Shown piece by piece: positions 24,900 through 37,224 of a DNA stretch of 64,000 nt (position 1 is its first letter; each line of letters begins with the position of its first letter). The notes beneath the pieces are model-generated. The model was not told the DNA's origin and did not search any database. It saw nothing but the letters and a program-made list of their open reading frames with translations. The stretch is from Podarcis muralis. Lineage: Eukaryota. Made by a program: the position numbers and the translations under genes. The DNA lies in assembly GCF_964188315.1 (NCBI RefSeq), contig NC_135661.1:60140001-60204000 (forward strand), in the 5' to 3' direction.

Positions 24900-25727
24900 A
24901 TGGGGGTGTTGAATTTTGTACACATATAATCCTAATCTGAAAGAGACACATTAGCAATTATTTTCCTATGAATATGGGACATTTTTACTACTCGAAAATG
25001 TTTAACAGAACATACATAATCCGTCTGTGACAATAATTTGTTTTAAACTGTTTTTTAGATTGAGTTTTAAATTGCTATAACCCACCCTGGGACCTTACGA
25101 TGAACCATGGTTAAGAAATTTGTAAATAATAATACTATATTTCTAGGCACCCTAGAAAGCTTGTATTTATTATGTGTATAGCTGAAGACACACTAATTGC
25201 TAACAAAGCATGAAATGAGAATTTGCCATTTGTAAACCTCTCCCTAGGAATAGGGGGCATGAGTTATATTCCCAAATTCTTAAAGTACTTCCAGTCTTTC
25301 AAGAAGGTAAAAACTGGCACACACATAGCACTGTACCTGCTGATCACTAGAAAAGTATGAAGATATAGTAGCAACTCCTTGTGATAGGAAGTTCCAGTGG
25401 CTGGGACTTTTACAGAATCAGCTTCCTTGTGAGGAGGTATAATGGAAGTTTTTTGTAATATCCCTTCCACTATTTACAAATATTTACACTGAGCAGGGGC
25501 AAGTGGGCAGGCAGCCCCATCAAATTTCTACATCTTCCTCATCAGCTCCAAGAAACTCAAACTTCAACTTTCTCTGACCAAATGCAAATAGCCAGGTGAC
25601 TCCTAGCTAAGGTGTGACTTGTATTTCAGTAGTGTGGTATATTAAAGTATGTTTGTAAAACAGCTCAAAGTGTTTACTTGCAGCGGACCTGGGTTTCTTG
25701 GGTTTTCTTTCCTCATGGGTCTAAGGG

Positions 25728-25802
<75 letters not shown>
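25728..25802. repeat. (TTTC)n tetranucleotide microsatellite
   Basis: About 18-19 uninterrupted units; source of the FLSF-repeat ORFs in the track. Confidence 0.95.
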
Positions 25803-25804
<2 letters not shown>

Positions 25805-26699
25805 ACACTGATTCCTTATGTATACACTTAAAACTCTTAATGTACATAAAACAAAAGTGGGTTTGCAAACAGACGCAACATATAAGAGCCCCTGTCAAAG
25901 AGCTTCCATTCACTGGAGATCCCTCCCAAGTGTCCACTTGGGGCAGACCCAACTCTGGTTCTCAGTAATAGAGGAAATGGGCCTGGGAAGGACCAGGGGT
26001 GGGAACTATAATGGTCAGGGGCTTGGAGAGTGTGGACAAAGAAAACAGAAAGAGCAGGGATGGGTAACTCTTGGAGCCCTCATGAGGGTTTGGGTGTTTG
26101 TCGTGAATTAAGGTCTCTGGATCTGTTGGCAGGAACCGCAATGCTTTGATTGTAGGGGAGGGGGAGGTATACTGCCGACTGGGTTTCCGCCAAAGCCTTT
26201 ATCACGCTCTTACAAAAGTGAGGTGTGTAATCAGTTCCAAGCTAAAGGGGGATTTACTGTTTCTTCGGGGATTCTCAGAGCTCTCCGGCAATGAAATGGA
26301 AAGACTTTATCATCTGCCTCTGAGCTTTAGGGGGTGGCAAGGAGGGAATGCTGATGAATGGTTGGCGGGGTGTTTATGTGCCAGACTCCGCTCTCATGCA
26401 ATTAACAAAGCTGGTAAAGGCTGGCAATTTATGCCACGTCTTTGGTCTCTCCCACCAATACCAGTCTCAGATAATGGGATCATGCTGACATTGGCTTATC
26501 AGTGCTCTTTGCTCCAACTGGCTTGTCAGTTCCAATACAGACCTCCACACAGATATACTAGCGCTACCATGGGTATTTAGTTTCAGCACTGTGCTAGGAG
26601 CAGGACAGAGTGGTACAGAGTGGTTCTGAGCATTCAAAAACCCATCTAAGCTGAATCAAATGGACCCATTGCTTTACACAAATGTTCCTGGAAAAGCTG

Positions 26700-27001
26700 A
26701 AGCAGTCTCATAAAAAATCATCAGCATTTTGATGTGAATTTATGCTAATACACATATTTTTGCCTAAATATTTCCCCTAATACAGTGTATGTTATGCATG
26801 TTTTCTCAAATGTTTCCATTTTCATATACAGCTTGCCCCAGTATGTATAGCGGGGGACGGGGATGGGGGGCCTTACTTGAGAATAGCATTGCAAAATTCA
26901 AAGAAGTGAGAATTTCAAATGAATTTTGCATTGCTTCAGAAAGGGTGAATTAAGTAAGTTTACCTTTAAATGTGGACTGAATCAAATATATTTCCCATCC
27001 C
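26700..27001. repeat. Unclassified AT-rich dispersed repeat
   Basis: tcataaaaaatcatcagcattttgatgtgaattt...gcattgcaaaattcaaagaagtgagaatttc...ctgaatcaaatatatttcccatccc matches 39413-40840. Confidence 0.7.
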
Positions 27002-27136
27002 ATAAAAACAATGGTATCACACAGGCTAAGATCTGCAGTGTCTACCTGATTTTGGCAGGTATTTCTGCTGTGCAAAAATAGGAACTTTTAGAAGGGGAAA
27101 TTTGCCTCCACCCTATTGGCTGCCATAGTTCTACCC

Positions 27137-27260
27137 CAGGCTTCCTCAACCTCGGCCCTCCAGATGCTTTTGAGACTACAATTCCCATCATCCCTGACCA
27201 CTGGTCCTGCTAGCAGTTGTAGGCCAAAAACATCTGAAGGGCTGAGGTTGAGGAAGCCTG
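27137..27260. mobile_element. Palindromic hAT MITE, complete
   Basis: TIRs CAGGCTTCCTCAACCTC / GAGGTTGAGGAAGCCTG; 8-bp TSD TTCTACCC / TTCTATCC (7/8). Confidence 0.88.
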
Positions 27261-28693
27261 TTCTATCCTCTGTAGTCCAGGGTAGCATTCATGATTCACC
27301 TACCTAATCAAGTTTTCACCTGGATTCTCCCTGGAGATGTTGGGACTGAACCAGGGAGGGCATGCAAAGCAGCTTCTCTATCACTGAGCCACACAGCCCT
27401 TCAACAGGACACCCAATGCTTCCTATGCCATGTTCACAGAGATATTTAGGGTTAAGTTTCATACATGCTGGAAAACAACCTTGTTTCCTGCACACAAGCA
27501 AATACTTGGTTGACCCATCATTCACGCATGCTTAACACTTGAGGGCTGCATTAAGTGATCACTTGTATGTGTGAAAAAGCCAACACATGTCAAATGCTAC
27601 AGACAGAAATTCCCTGTGCTTTTCAGTGGAGTTGGTTCACACATTCAGCTGCCAGTCATCAAGGATGGAGCAAACTGAGTGAAATTCCCCCTGATGCTTA
27701 CTGGAACAACACTGAACAGTCAAGAACTGATCTGAACAAGCTCCCTCATTAGCTTCCTTTTGTTGCCTAATTAATTAATGTTTACAAGACTCTAAGATCC
27801 TCTTCTGAAAAGGCACTGACAGCAACACCAAGTATTTTTTATAATAGTAATAATAACTATTCTTATTATCATTAATGCTGATGATTTGCATTAGCCCCTC
27901 TTTCAGTTGCATTCATTAGCCAATGCAAAGATGTCATTGGGAATTGCTGTACCAGCTGAAATAGACCAAGCAGACCTGCCTTAAGACTAGAATCTTGAAA
28001 TTTGGAGTGAAATTACGACTTCTCTCAAATAATCTTGAGAAAAGGGGATTGTGAAGAAATAGGCCTTTGGGTTAAAGAAGAAAGAGCAGTATCATCATTT
28101 GTGATTGGCTGGCAGTATCTGTCCCCTGGATTGGCCAAGCCTACAATAAATATTAGGCTCCTAGCCCCAGAAGAGCCTTGATATGAGGCCCAAGCTCCTG
28201 CTCAGGCTCAGCTGCCCTGCTCCAGTTGTAATACCAGACACTAGCAGTCTTGGAAAATGTATTTATTTAAAATTGTTTATATCTTCATTCCTCAGGAGAT
28301 CAGCACAATGTACAATAAATACAGTAAAACAACAACAACCTACAACCAAAGAATAAAATACAATGATATAAAAAAACTGTATCAGATGCCACAGTAGCCA
28401 AAATATTTAGGATGACTCCAAAGTCTCTTTAAAAATAAAAGGTTGTATCCAATGTTAGTCATAATCAGGGTAGACCCACTGAAATTCATGGACATAGCTA
28501 ACTCAAAATCACGTCCTTAGAACTCAGAACCAGACACTTTGGAGATGATGTTGCTCGATAAACTGAACTGGTTTAAATGGGGTTTTCACTGTCATGGGCC
28601 TGCTTGATTATTGAGTTGTAAGTCACCTGGGCATTTGAATTAATAGAAAAGAATTACTCTTAGGTTATGTGTATGAATAAATGTATGCGCTTT

Positions 28694-28752
28694 GGGGAAG
28701 GGCCATAGCTTAGTGGGAGAGCATGCAGAAGGTCCCAGGGTGAATCCCCAGG
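28694..28752 (+). mobile_element. Squam2-type SINE head (partial)
   Basis: ggggaagggccatagcttagtgggagagcatgcagaaggtcccagggtgaatcccc. Confidence 0.65.
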
Positions 28753-31331
28753 AGAGATTCTTGCTGTTGGTCGAGCCTTGCAGAGCCCTTTGAGCTGGCC
28801 TTTGCAGCAATGCTGAGCATTTGATCACCTGTTAATGCAAACCCCTTACAGCCAAGCCCCATCTTTACCTGCCCTGCACCTGGCAACATGTGTGGTGTTA
28901 GGTGTCACACAGGTAGGCGTGGCTCACCTGAAATGACCTCACAGGTCAACGATGGAGTCCTGGTGGCCTAGAGGATCCCACCACTGACCTCAGCCCTGAC
29001 CTTGCTGGAGGGGCTTCCTGGGAAGAGGAAAGTAAGAATAAATTTGGGTCGCACATTCTTGATCTTCCTCTCTTCACAATTGGCTCTTGTTTGCCTTTAT
29101 TTGTTACCAGCAGCCCTGTCAAGACGACGGGCCCTTCCTGGATAGAGAATATTGACAATGCCCCTAGGTTTCTGAGAGCAAGAGCGGCAGTTGATTTGCC
29201 AGGAGAGATGAGTGCTGCTTGCGAGTCACCTCTAGCCCTAAGAGAATTTGGCCACATTGGGGAGATAAGATGAGAGAGGATTACTTACCACTTAGCTACA
29301 TCTATCCAAAAACATCTAGCCCTGAATGGAATGCAGCTCTCAAGCTGAATTGGCTGCAGAGCCTAATTCAGGAAGAGGCTACCCAGGATCCTTTGCAGTG
29401 CTGCAGGACTTGCTGGGATGCAACGCTTGGGCTCTGCAATGTGGACCTGGCTGATTGCAGTCTGCAAATTTAATGGGTCCTTTACTCTGGGGACAATTGT
29501 GACATTGGTGGCACAGCATTCTAGTCCGTGCTGGGGAAACTTGAAGTTTTCTGGCCACAGAGTAGATTCATAAACACTTGCGGCTAACTATTACTGATGG
29601 AGCAGCTGTATGATATCCATACAACCAGAAGCAGTATTCCTTTCGAGGAGGAAAGTGGTTTTCTTTGTACCGGCAGCTAATTAAAAGAGAGCATTCCAAG
29701 CTGCTCTACAGTACACTTCATTGTTGTCTTTATGGTTTAGATTCTGTCTCTGTGCCAGCCTCCCATTGAGAAACAAAAACACTTATCTTGTTCACTGCTA
29801 TCTCCCTCACTTTTATATATTTATCCCCTCTCTTTCTTCCTCTGTCTCTCCTCAAGCCTTCTTGGTCCCAGGTGCCCCACAGAGCAATGATAATGCTGCC
29901 TATCACCATCTCCATGTGACAGCTCTGAGCTGCTAAAGCTCAATGATTCGTTTACTAATTGCCTGCCCTCCCTCTTCCCAAATTTGCTGGGAATGGGACC
30001 CAGATTGAATCGGGTGCAGCCAAGGGAGTCCAAGAAACAGCAAGAGCAGAAGTGGCCGCCTCATTGCTGAGACCAGCAGGGAAGTCAGATGCAAAAACTT
30101 TGTGGACTACAACTCCCATCAGCATGCTCAGATAATTTCAACATAGCCAATTCCTGCCTGGGCTATGAATTTTGGGAGGAACTAAAAGAATTACAGCACA
30201 ACAGAAGGCCTATCTAGCCACTGTATTTTATCTAAGTTTGGGGGTTCCTGGCCAAGCAAACTATCTGAAGGCACCTGAAAGAGCTTTCACAAACAAGACT
30301 AGCAACATTCTGTAGAGGTTGGGTTTCCGTAACCCAAACTATTCCCTGTTTATAATTGGGGTATTGAAACAATGTGATTCCAAGGATGAACTAAGAGGTG
30401 AGCCATCTCCTGGTTCCAAACCCAACAGCATCACTCTGTCAGGTGGACCACACACACAGCCTCTCATGCCCACCCAACCCTCACATTACCAAGATTTCCG
30501 GATTGCTGGGTCATGGCTGCGTACAGGGTCAGTTTGCCTGAGGTAAAGGGTGCCACATACAAATGCCAGCCAGAGTGGCAGTTGAATCTGAGCAGAACCA
30601 TCCATCACACCCAAGGACAGCAGTCTACCTTAGGGGACACAGGGCAACCCATACGTGGCACATACAATTGTGTCCTCCAGTGTCTCCCCACCTGTTCCCC
30701 AGGATCTGCTGCCTGAGGCCACTGCCTCCCTTTGTCTAACCGTAGGGCTGGCTCTGGCTGTGCAGCTTTCCCATTAGGCCACCCCTCTCTGAGGTGACAC
30801 TTGGCAGTAAAAAAGAAGCAAAGGATGTTCCCGAGAATGCTTTCTATGGCCTGTCTCACTCAGTAATAAGGTTATATTATTTTTATGGTAAAGCCAATAC
30901 AAAGTCAATTAAAAGCGAAGGGGCGGGTAGGAACAATAGTCCACAGAGATTTGAGCAGCAGGCAGAAAAGGGCTTTGAGGGAGCAGTGCAGAGTGTTCCC
31001 TGGGACTGCAATGCGTGAATGCCCTCTGCACCTGCTGAAAATGAGAGATAGGGATGTGGGAAGGAGATAAGCCCCCTTACTGCATATTGATTCTGTTGGC
31101 CAAAGCTTTACTCCATGCCACTCTTCCGTAAGAGTCAGCAGATCAATGCTGGGTGACGCCAGCTGAGGATATGGCCCAGGGAATTTAAAAAGGCAAAAGC
31201 TAAACTGGTGAGGTGGCGGGGGATGGGTGAGGAAAGGTCATTTATTCCATATTTTGTTTTAAATCCCTTGATTCCGTCTCAGGCTGCTGGGGCGAGAAAA
31301 CCGAGGGCCAGTGCTCTGTGATTCTGAATCG

Positions 31332-31333
<2 letters not shown>

Positions 31334-31374
<41 letters not shown>
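31334..31374. repeat. (GT)n microsatellite
   Basis: Direct read, about 20 units. Confidence 0.95.
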
Positions 31375-31376
<2 letters not shown>

Positions 31377-31966
31377 TTGACAAAGTGTTATCGCTTTGCA
31401 GAGTTGTCATAATCACCCAAAGAGGCAAATTCTATTTATTTGATGCTTGAATGTCTGATTCATCAGACATCCTCTGCCAAGTCCGGGAAATGGAGACAGT
31501 AGTGTGGAAGGAGCCAAGCTTCGCTTGTCTATCTCCAGGTCAATACATTTATTTTTGTGAAGGAAAGCTTCTCTCTTTCCTCGCATCCTCACCACCCCCC
31601 CTCGCCACGCCATCCTCAATCCCTTTCTCAAATGTTTTGTTGAAGAGTAGAAGTGCTCTCTTCCATTGTCGGAGGCCTCTCTTCTGCCCAGAGAGAGATA
31701 AGAGGGGAGAGAGAAAATTGAAGGGTTTCCGACACAGCAGCTTTCCTTGGCTCACAAGCGGATGGCTGTTGTTGGTATGTTTATATCTACCAAATGGGAG
31801 CAGCAATTGAGTTGGGGGGGGGGAGTACTTCTTGAAATGAAATGGGGAGGGGCAGGGAGTGGGAAGGTAGGTGCCTGAAATCAATGGGGAGAGCAGTTAT
31901 GATTAGTAATAGACAAACCTATCCGTTTCAGCTTCTCTCAGTTTCTCATCTTCCTACTATTGTTTA

Positions 31967-32195
31967 CAGTGGTACCTCGGGTTACAAACACTTCGGGTTG
32001 CAGACTCTGCTAACCCAGAAATATTACCTCGGGTTAAGAACTTTGTTTCAGGATGAGAACAGAAATCATGCTCCGGCAGTGCGGCAGCAGTGGGAGGCCC
32101 CATTAGCTAAAGTGGTACCTCAGGTTAAGAACATTATCAGGTTAAGAACGGAGCTCCAGAACAAATTAGTAAGTTCTTAACCCGAGGTACCACTG
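31967..32195. mobile_element. Tigger-type MITE, complete
   Basis: TA|CAGTGGTACCTCGGGTTA...TTAACCCGAGGTACCACTG|TA; same family as 4637 and 14321. Confidence 0.93.
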
Positions 32196-32204
32196 TATAT
32201 TTGT

Positions 32205-32385
32205 TTTATCTATTTATTGCATTTTTATCCCCCCTTTTCTCTCCAAGGAGCTCCAGGGGGGTGTACATGATTCTCCCCCACTCCTCATTTATTCCCCACA
32301 ATAACCCTGTGAGTTAGGTTAGGCTGAAAGGTGGTGACCAACCCAAGGTTACCCAGGGGGCTTCATGGCTGAGTGGGGATTAAGA
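32205..32385 (-). mobile_element. MIR/Squam3-like CORE SINE (old, partial)
   Basis: ctccaaggagctc...ccccacaataaccctgtgagttaggttaggctga...ccaaggttacccag...cttcatggctgagtggggatt. Confidence 0.7.
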
Positions 32386-32699
32386 TGGTTGTTTACAAGC
32401 AGAGCCAGCCCAAGACATTTTGGCCCCTTAGGTGGATCCCAAAATGGACCCTTTCTCTGCCATGGAAGAAGGGGTGAGGAAAGTTTTACATCAGGAACAA
32501 GGGGGGAAGAAAGGTCAAAATTGGGATCTGCTGCCCTGGTGAATCCTGCCGCCTGAGGCAGTTGCCTCACCTTGCCTCATGGATGGGCTGGCCCTGTTTA
32601 AAAGGCAATTAATAAATCAGTAATAATAATGATAACCGCAATAATAATACCTGGAGATGCCTTCTGCATGCAATGCAGTTGCTCTACCACTGCACCAGA

Positions 32700-32717
32700 G
32701 TCATCATCATCATCATC

Positions 32718-32761
<44 letters not shown>
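32700..32761. repeat. Compound (TCA)n(TAA)n microsatellite
   Basis: Direct read; abuts a short Squam2-type head on the minus strand (~32650-32700). Confidence 0.92.
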
Positions 32762-32762
<1 letters not shown>

Positions 32763-33302
32763 TTTACACACCCAGTTCAAGAATCCCTACATACAGACAT
32801 ATTTATCTCCCTAGACTCAAACAAATGTTCCAGTGTAAGACAAAAGAATGCCATGTGGCAGGGCAGCCGGGGGATTTGGTTTCTATAATTTGTCCATTTC
32901 TTCTTCTAGGTTAACCATGCATGCAGCTCCTAATGCTTTCAGTAGCCATTCTTTAAAGATGCAATAGTTGGATTTTCCCAGTGTCTTGCATGGACAATCC
33001 TTGCCCCAATTAAAAGATTGACAATCACATTTTCACTTCCATTGTTTGATACATTTTGTATGTACTTTGAGAGTAAAGTCAAAGCACTGAAAGCCTAGTC
33101 TAATCCTTGTTATCTGGTTAATTATATGAGAAATCTAGTGTGTCGAATAGCTTTGGATGTTGGGGCAACTCCACAACACCTGAAATAAGCCTTCATCCAA
33201 AATACCACATTGCCAGCATCCCAACACAATTCATTTAATAAATCCTTTTCATTCTTTGTTCATTATCTTATCAATCCTATTCATTCTTTCCTCCCCTTCC
33301 TT

Positions 33303-33496
33303 GGGGAAGGGCTGTGTGGATCAATGTGGCACATGTGTTGCATGCAGAAGGTCTCAGGTTGAGTCCCTCATCTCCTGATAGAACTGGGAGAAACCCCTGG
33401 CTGGAACCATGGAGACCGACTGCCAGTTAGCACTGACAAAGCTGAGCTACATAGACCAGTGGTCTGTCTTGGTTTAAGGCAGGTTTCTGTGTTCCT
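33303..33496 (+). mobile_element. Squam2-type SINE, full-length, degraded
   Basis: ggggaagggc...gcatgcagaaggtctcaggttgagtccct...ctgccagttagcactgacaaagctgagctacatagaccagtggtc...aaggcaggtttctgtgttcct. Confidence 0.75.
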
Positions 33497-33519
33497 TTGA
33501 ATGTCATGGATGCTTTAAC

Positions 33520-33590
33520 TGAGATTCTTGCATGGCAGAGGGTTGGATTAGAGGACTCTTGGGATCCCTTCCAACTCTATAATTCTATGA
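33520..33590 (+). mobile_element. CR1-type 3' terminus (LINE or SINE tail)
   Basis: cttgcatggcagagggttggattagaggactcttgggatcccttccaactctataattctatga. Confidence 0.7.
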
Positions 33591-34486
33591 ATCATATATG
33601 CCGTCTGAAGAGAATCTTAAACTGGGCCTTTCATGCTTTTTTACAGTGTATTATGGGCATTGTGCAGGTAGGAACAGGAAGTTTTGCAACCCTTCCAAAA
33701 AAACAAAACAAAAACAAAGGAGAACAATTGCTTAGTTCCAAAAGGAGGCAGTTCCATGACTCTGGGGCCACTGCTGTCTAGACCCTGCTTCTTGCAGTAT
33801 ATATTTGTTTGCAAAAAAGTGTAGAAACTTCTCATTTTGTGCAGCTGGAATGTAGGCTTGTGTACACAGGTAAGAGTCACACAAACTCTCCACCTACTTT
33901 TGCCTCTGGCCTCATCTACCATAGGATTGGACAAAAATGTTTCCCCCTACCTCAGTGAAAGACTGCAAATAATAGGGACAGGATGCAATGCTCTGCCACA
34001 GCTGAACCTTTTGACTTTCCCACTTCCAATGTATCTTCTTTTCTTGAATGCACTTGGAACTGGCCAGTTCTGTCCTGTGTACATGAGGGAAGCTCAGGCC
34101 AAAAGAAGTGACTACTGAGCCCAAGAACAGCACAGAGTAAAGATGGGCAGGCAGTTAGTGTTTTGGAGTGACTCAGAAATAAACTGATCTGTTCGACAGC
34201 TTGGCTCCTTTCAGAGCCAATTTGAATGATATCCACCTGCACACATCCTCACAAGCCACTTACCTTTAAACCTCTGCAAATGGGAGGGTTTAGGTGGCCA
34301 GAAACAGCCACCTCCTGGCTGCAGAAAGCTGTCATTTGCAGCCAAAGTTTATGGAGGTTTGCAATTTCCCACAGCCTCTGGCTACAAACACTAGGGCCTT
34401 TCTATGTCATTTTGGAGCTTGGGTTTTGGAGAACTGGGTTGGTGAGAGGGGTGAATTTAATAACGAATGATGAATAGTAAAACATA

Positions 34487-34487
<1 letters not shown>

Positions 34488-34529
<42 letters not shown>

Positions 34530-34530
34530 T
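34488..34530. repeat. (TTA)n microsatellite
   Basis: Direct read. Confidence 0.92.
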
Positions 34531-34865
34531 ATTTTAAAAAGTGTCGAAAGGCTGATGGGGAAGTCTTTTGGAAGGCAATCTTGACCGAGAACTGCATTTT
34601 CTGGTGCCATACACACCACACCTGTTTTGACATGTGATCCTCAGATGGTTGGAGTCGATGCAGCTCTTGGCCTGGAAACGTTCAGCCATCCTTGGCTCTA
34701 AGGGAAGGAGGAGCTCCTCTCCCCCACAAGGCTGCCTGAGGGTGCTGTCCTTAGGAAGCTGGAGTCTGTGGACCAGGCTATGCCACTGGCTGCTGCTTCT
34801 CTCTGTGCTACTGCCTCAGGATACCCTCTCTGGACTACAGATGGGTGAATATCTCAGTTTTTGTT

Positions 34866-35029
34866 CATAGAACCATAGAACTGTAGAGTTGGAAGGAACC
34901 ATGAGGGTCATCTAGTCCAATCCCCTACAATGCAGGAATCTCTTTTGCTCAGTGTGGGGTTTGAACCCACAACCCTGACATTAAGAGTTAAGACATTAAG
35001 ACATTAAGGCTTTATCAACTGAGCTATGG
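34866..35029 (-). mobile_element. POMSINE-like tRNA(Lys)-derived SINE with CR1 tail
   Basis: Minus strand reads ccatagctcagttgata...tcttaatgtcagggttgtgggttcaaaccccacactgagcaaaagagattcctgcattgtagggg...gactagatgaccctc...ccttccaactctacagttctatg. Confidence 0.75.
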
Positions 35030-35211
35030 TTTCTCTCTGTTTCTCATTTTTCCAATCTTAAGTTTGGTTCTCCATATTTCCACATCAGTTTGTTTTTCCA
35101 TGTCCTGATGAAAATTCATCAATATTTTATTGCAAATTTATCCTAATGTTCCCATTGTTGCACAGTTTTCCCTAATATACACATTTGTGCAAATAAACTT
35201 CCCTCTATATA

Positions 35212-35345
35212 CAGTGGTACCTCTGGTTATGTACTTAATTTGTTCCGGAGGTCCGTTCTTAACCTGAAACTGTTCTTAACCTGAAGCACCACTTTAGCTA
35301 ATGGGGAAACTGTTCTTAACCTGAAGCACCACTTTAGCTAATGGG
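35212..35345. mobile_element. Truncated Tigger-type MITE with 40-bp tandem duplication
   Basis: TA|CAGTGGTACCTCTGG, opposite orientation to 4637; unit gaaactgttcttaacctgaagcaccactttagctaatggg at 35266-35305 and 35306-35345; the second TIR is missing. Confidence 0.88.
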
Positions 35346-35418
35346 GATTCGAACCGCTGACCTTCTGATCAGCAAGCCCTAGGCTCAGTGGTTTAGACCA
35401 CAATGCCACCTGCGTCCC
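35342..35418 (-). mobile_element. Sauria SINE (Squam1) 5' head only
   Basis: tggggattcgaaccgctgaccttctgatcagcaagccctaggctcagtggtttagaccacaatgccacctgcgtccct matches ~55107-55183. Confidence 0.88.
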
Positions 35419-36424
35419 TTTATTTATTTATTTCTCCAGTATAGGTGTTATTGTGCAGTTGACCTTCGTACTGTATATGAATTTTGTGCAAATTACCTTG
35501 CAAACTTCAGAGATGTGTAAATTTCAATGGATGGATATATTTTGGTTCACATATTGCTTTGGAAAATGTGTATTGGATAGATTTGTTTTTAAATGGGAAC
35601 GGTATCAAATGGCTCTCCCATCCCTGCTCTGGACTGGCTGCACCTCTCATTTTAAACAGCAAGAATTATACATGATTATTATTTCCAGACAGATGCTGAA
35701 AAGCAGTAAAGATCCTGAACTCCCCCCACTTGGCTTTCCTTCCTGTTCTGTAACCTTTCCCCCAATAGTCACCCCAAAGGAAAAGATGTTCCCCTCCTTT
35801 TTCAGACACCAGTTCCTACCTGATGGGGAAGTAGAGCACATTCCTTTCAAGTTGCAAGAAAGAAGGGTGCTTCAGCTCAAGTGAAATATAGACATTTCTT
35901 TTCAATTTCTCTGGGAAGGCAGAGTCTCCTCTGAAAAGACATTATTATTGTGTGTGTGTGTTTTGTAAGGTTGTACCAAAATGCCCACCTTTCACTGCCT
36001 TCTTTACAGGTAGTAAAGCTGACAGCGGGGGGAGATTTCAGTCATTTTGCAGAGAGGGAGTAGGAGGAGAAGAAAGGAGACCTTCCTGAAAACCGTGGTG
36101 CTGTTCCTCGGGGCTGGCATCACCTTCCCCACTGCCACCAAAAACTATTTCTTAGAACAAAAGGGCATCCGCTGCTGTGAAGCACCTCTTGGTACTGTTT
36201 TGCTTGTTCCTTTCTTTTTACTCTGCTTTTCCACAGCAGAAGACTGCCTGTCTGCAGGCTAAATGATACAACACTAAAGGAAAAGGGATCAGGAGGGAGG
36301 AGGGAAAAGGCAAACTCAGGCACCAGATCATAGTTGCAGAGTTATTGGAATAAGCCACTTGGATGGAAATAGTTTTGGGCAGGGGGGAGACCAAAGTGGC
36401 TGGTCTCTCACAGCTTAGCCAATG

Positions 36425-36567
36425 CTAGGGTTGCCATATTTTGAAGAACAAAAGAAAAGAGGACACAATTGCCAACTTCTACTTTTAACTATGGATCGCT
36501 ATGACAACTCTCATTTTACATACCCATGAAAAAGAGGATGGAAAAAGAGGACATGTGGCAACCCTAG
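36425..36567. mobile_element. Short MITE with (CT)AGGGTTGCCA termini
   Basis: ctagggttgccatat ... atgtggcaaccctag terminal inverted repeats; flanks ccaatgct / agaatgct may be a decayed 8-bp TSD. Superfamily uncertain. Confidence 0.7.
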
Positions 36568-37224
36568 AATGCTGTAGTCCTGTCTCTTCCTCTATTAAAG
36601 TCTGATGGGGCAGTTGTTGCTAGATAAGAGGAAGTAGGGAGAACAGAGCACAGCCACTTTGGCTAGTAGCCATTGATAGACCTCTCCTCCACAAAGTTGT
36701 CTAACCCTCCTAAGGTGGCTTACAAAGCAGTCAGGAAAATAAAATAAAAGAATAAACTTATGAGCTAACAAAAACAATAAAACAGCAAACGTTTAGTAAA
36801 GCTAAAACAATAGAAAGAAATAAAATGATGATTAAAATACCCCACCATAAGATCACCCCAAAACATACTGGAGCAACAACAACAAAAAAAGGACTTTCAG
36901 GGATCTGCCAAGGAAGCTTCTTGGTGGCCTGTTTGTTTGCACAAAATTTGGTTGCCCTTTCTAGTGCAATTATTCTGTCCCTTTTCTGGCTGCAGAAAGT
37001 CTGATAAGAAAAAGTGATGGAAAATTGCGCTGAAAGAAGGGGATAAATGACCACTACCTGGCAATGTCCTATAATCTCTGTGCAAACATTTCAGGATGAC
37101 TGCTCAATAAACAGCTGATGCCAGAGAAGCTCTGTGCAAGTTTTGTGCAAATGTATCAGCAAGAGTGCTCAATAAAAGCCAACAAAGAAGGGGTGCATGT
37201 CCATGTTTATTTCCTCAAACATAT

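Larger units (their letters stand above)
35030..35625. repeat. Unclassified AT-rich dispersed repeat, interrupted at 35212-35418
   Basis: ttctc...tttctcatttttccaatcttaag...gtcctgatgaaaattcatca...gatggatatattttggttcacatattg...cccatccct. Confidence 0.75.

Noticed and set aside
25649-25968. Low-complexity ORFs (FLSF repeats; also poly-I/N/H/Y at ~32600-32910, 34407-34619, 56007-56342 and RE/TH repeats at 41286, 53541)
   Set aside because: Translations of microsatellites.
26581-26615. REST/NRSE-like half sites (ttcagcac ... ggacag)
   Set aside because: Spacing and the left half deviate too far from TTCAGCACCnnGGACAG.
28250-28450. A-rich tracts resembling reversed old L2 3' UTRs (also ~36740-36900, 25040-25135, 43540-43620)
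   Set aside because: Too decayed to support boundaries or a family call by eye.
28946-29273. Possible exon after tttatttgttaccAG (~29109)
   Set aside because: No good donor downstream and an unrecognised peptide.
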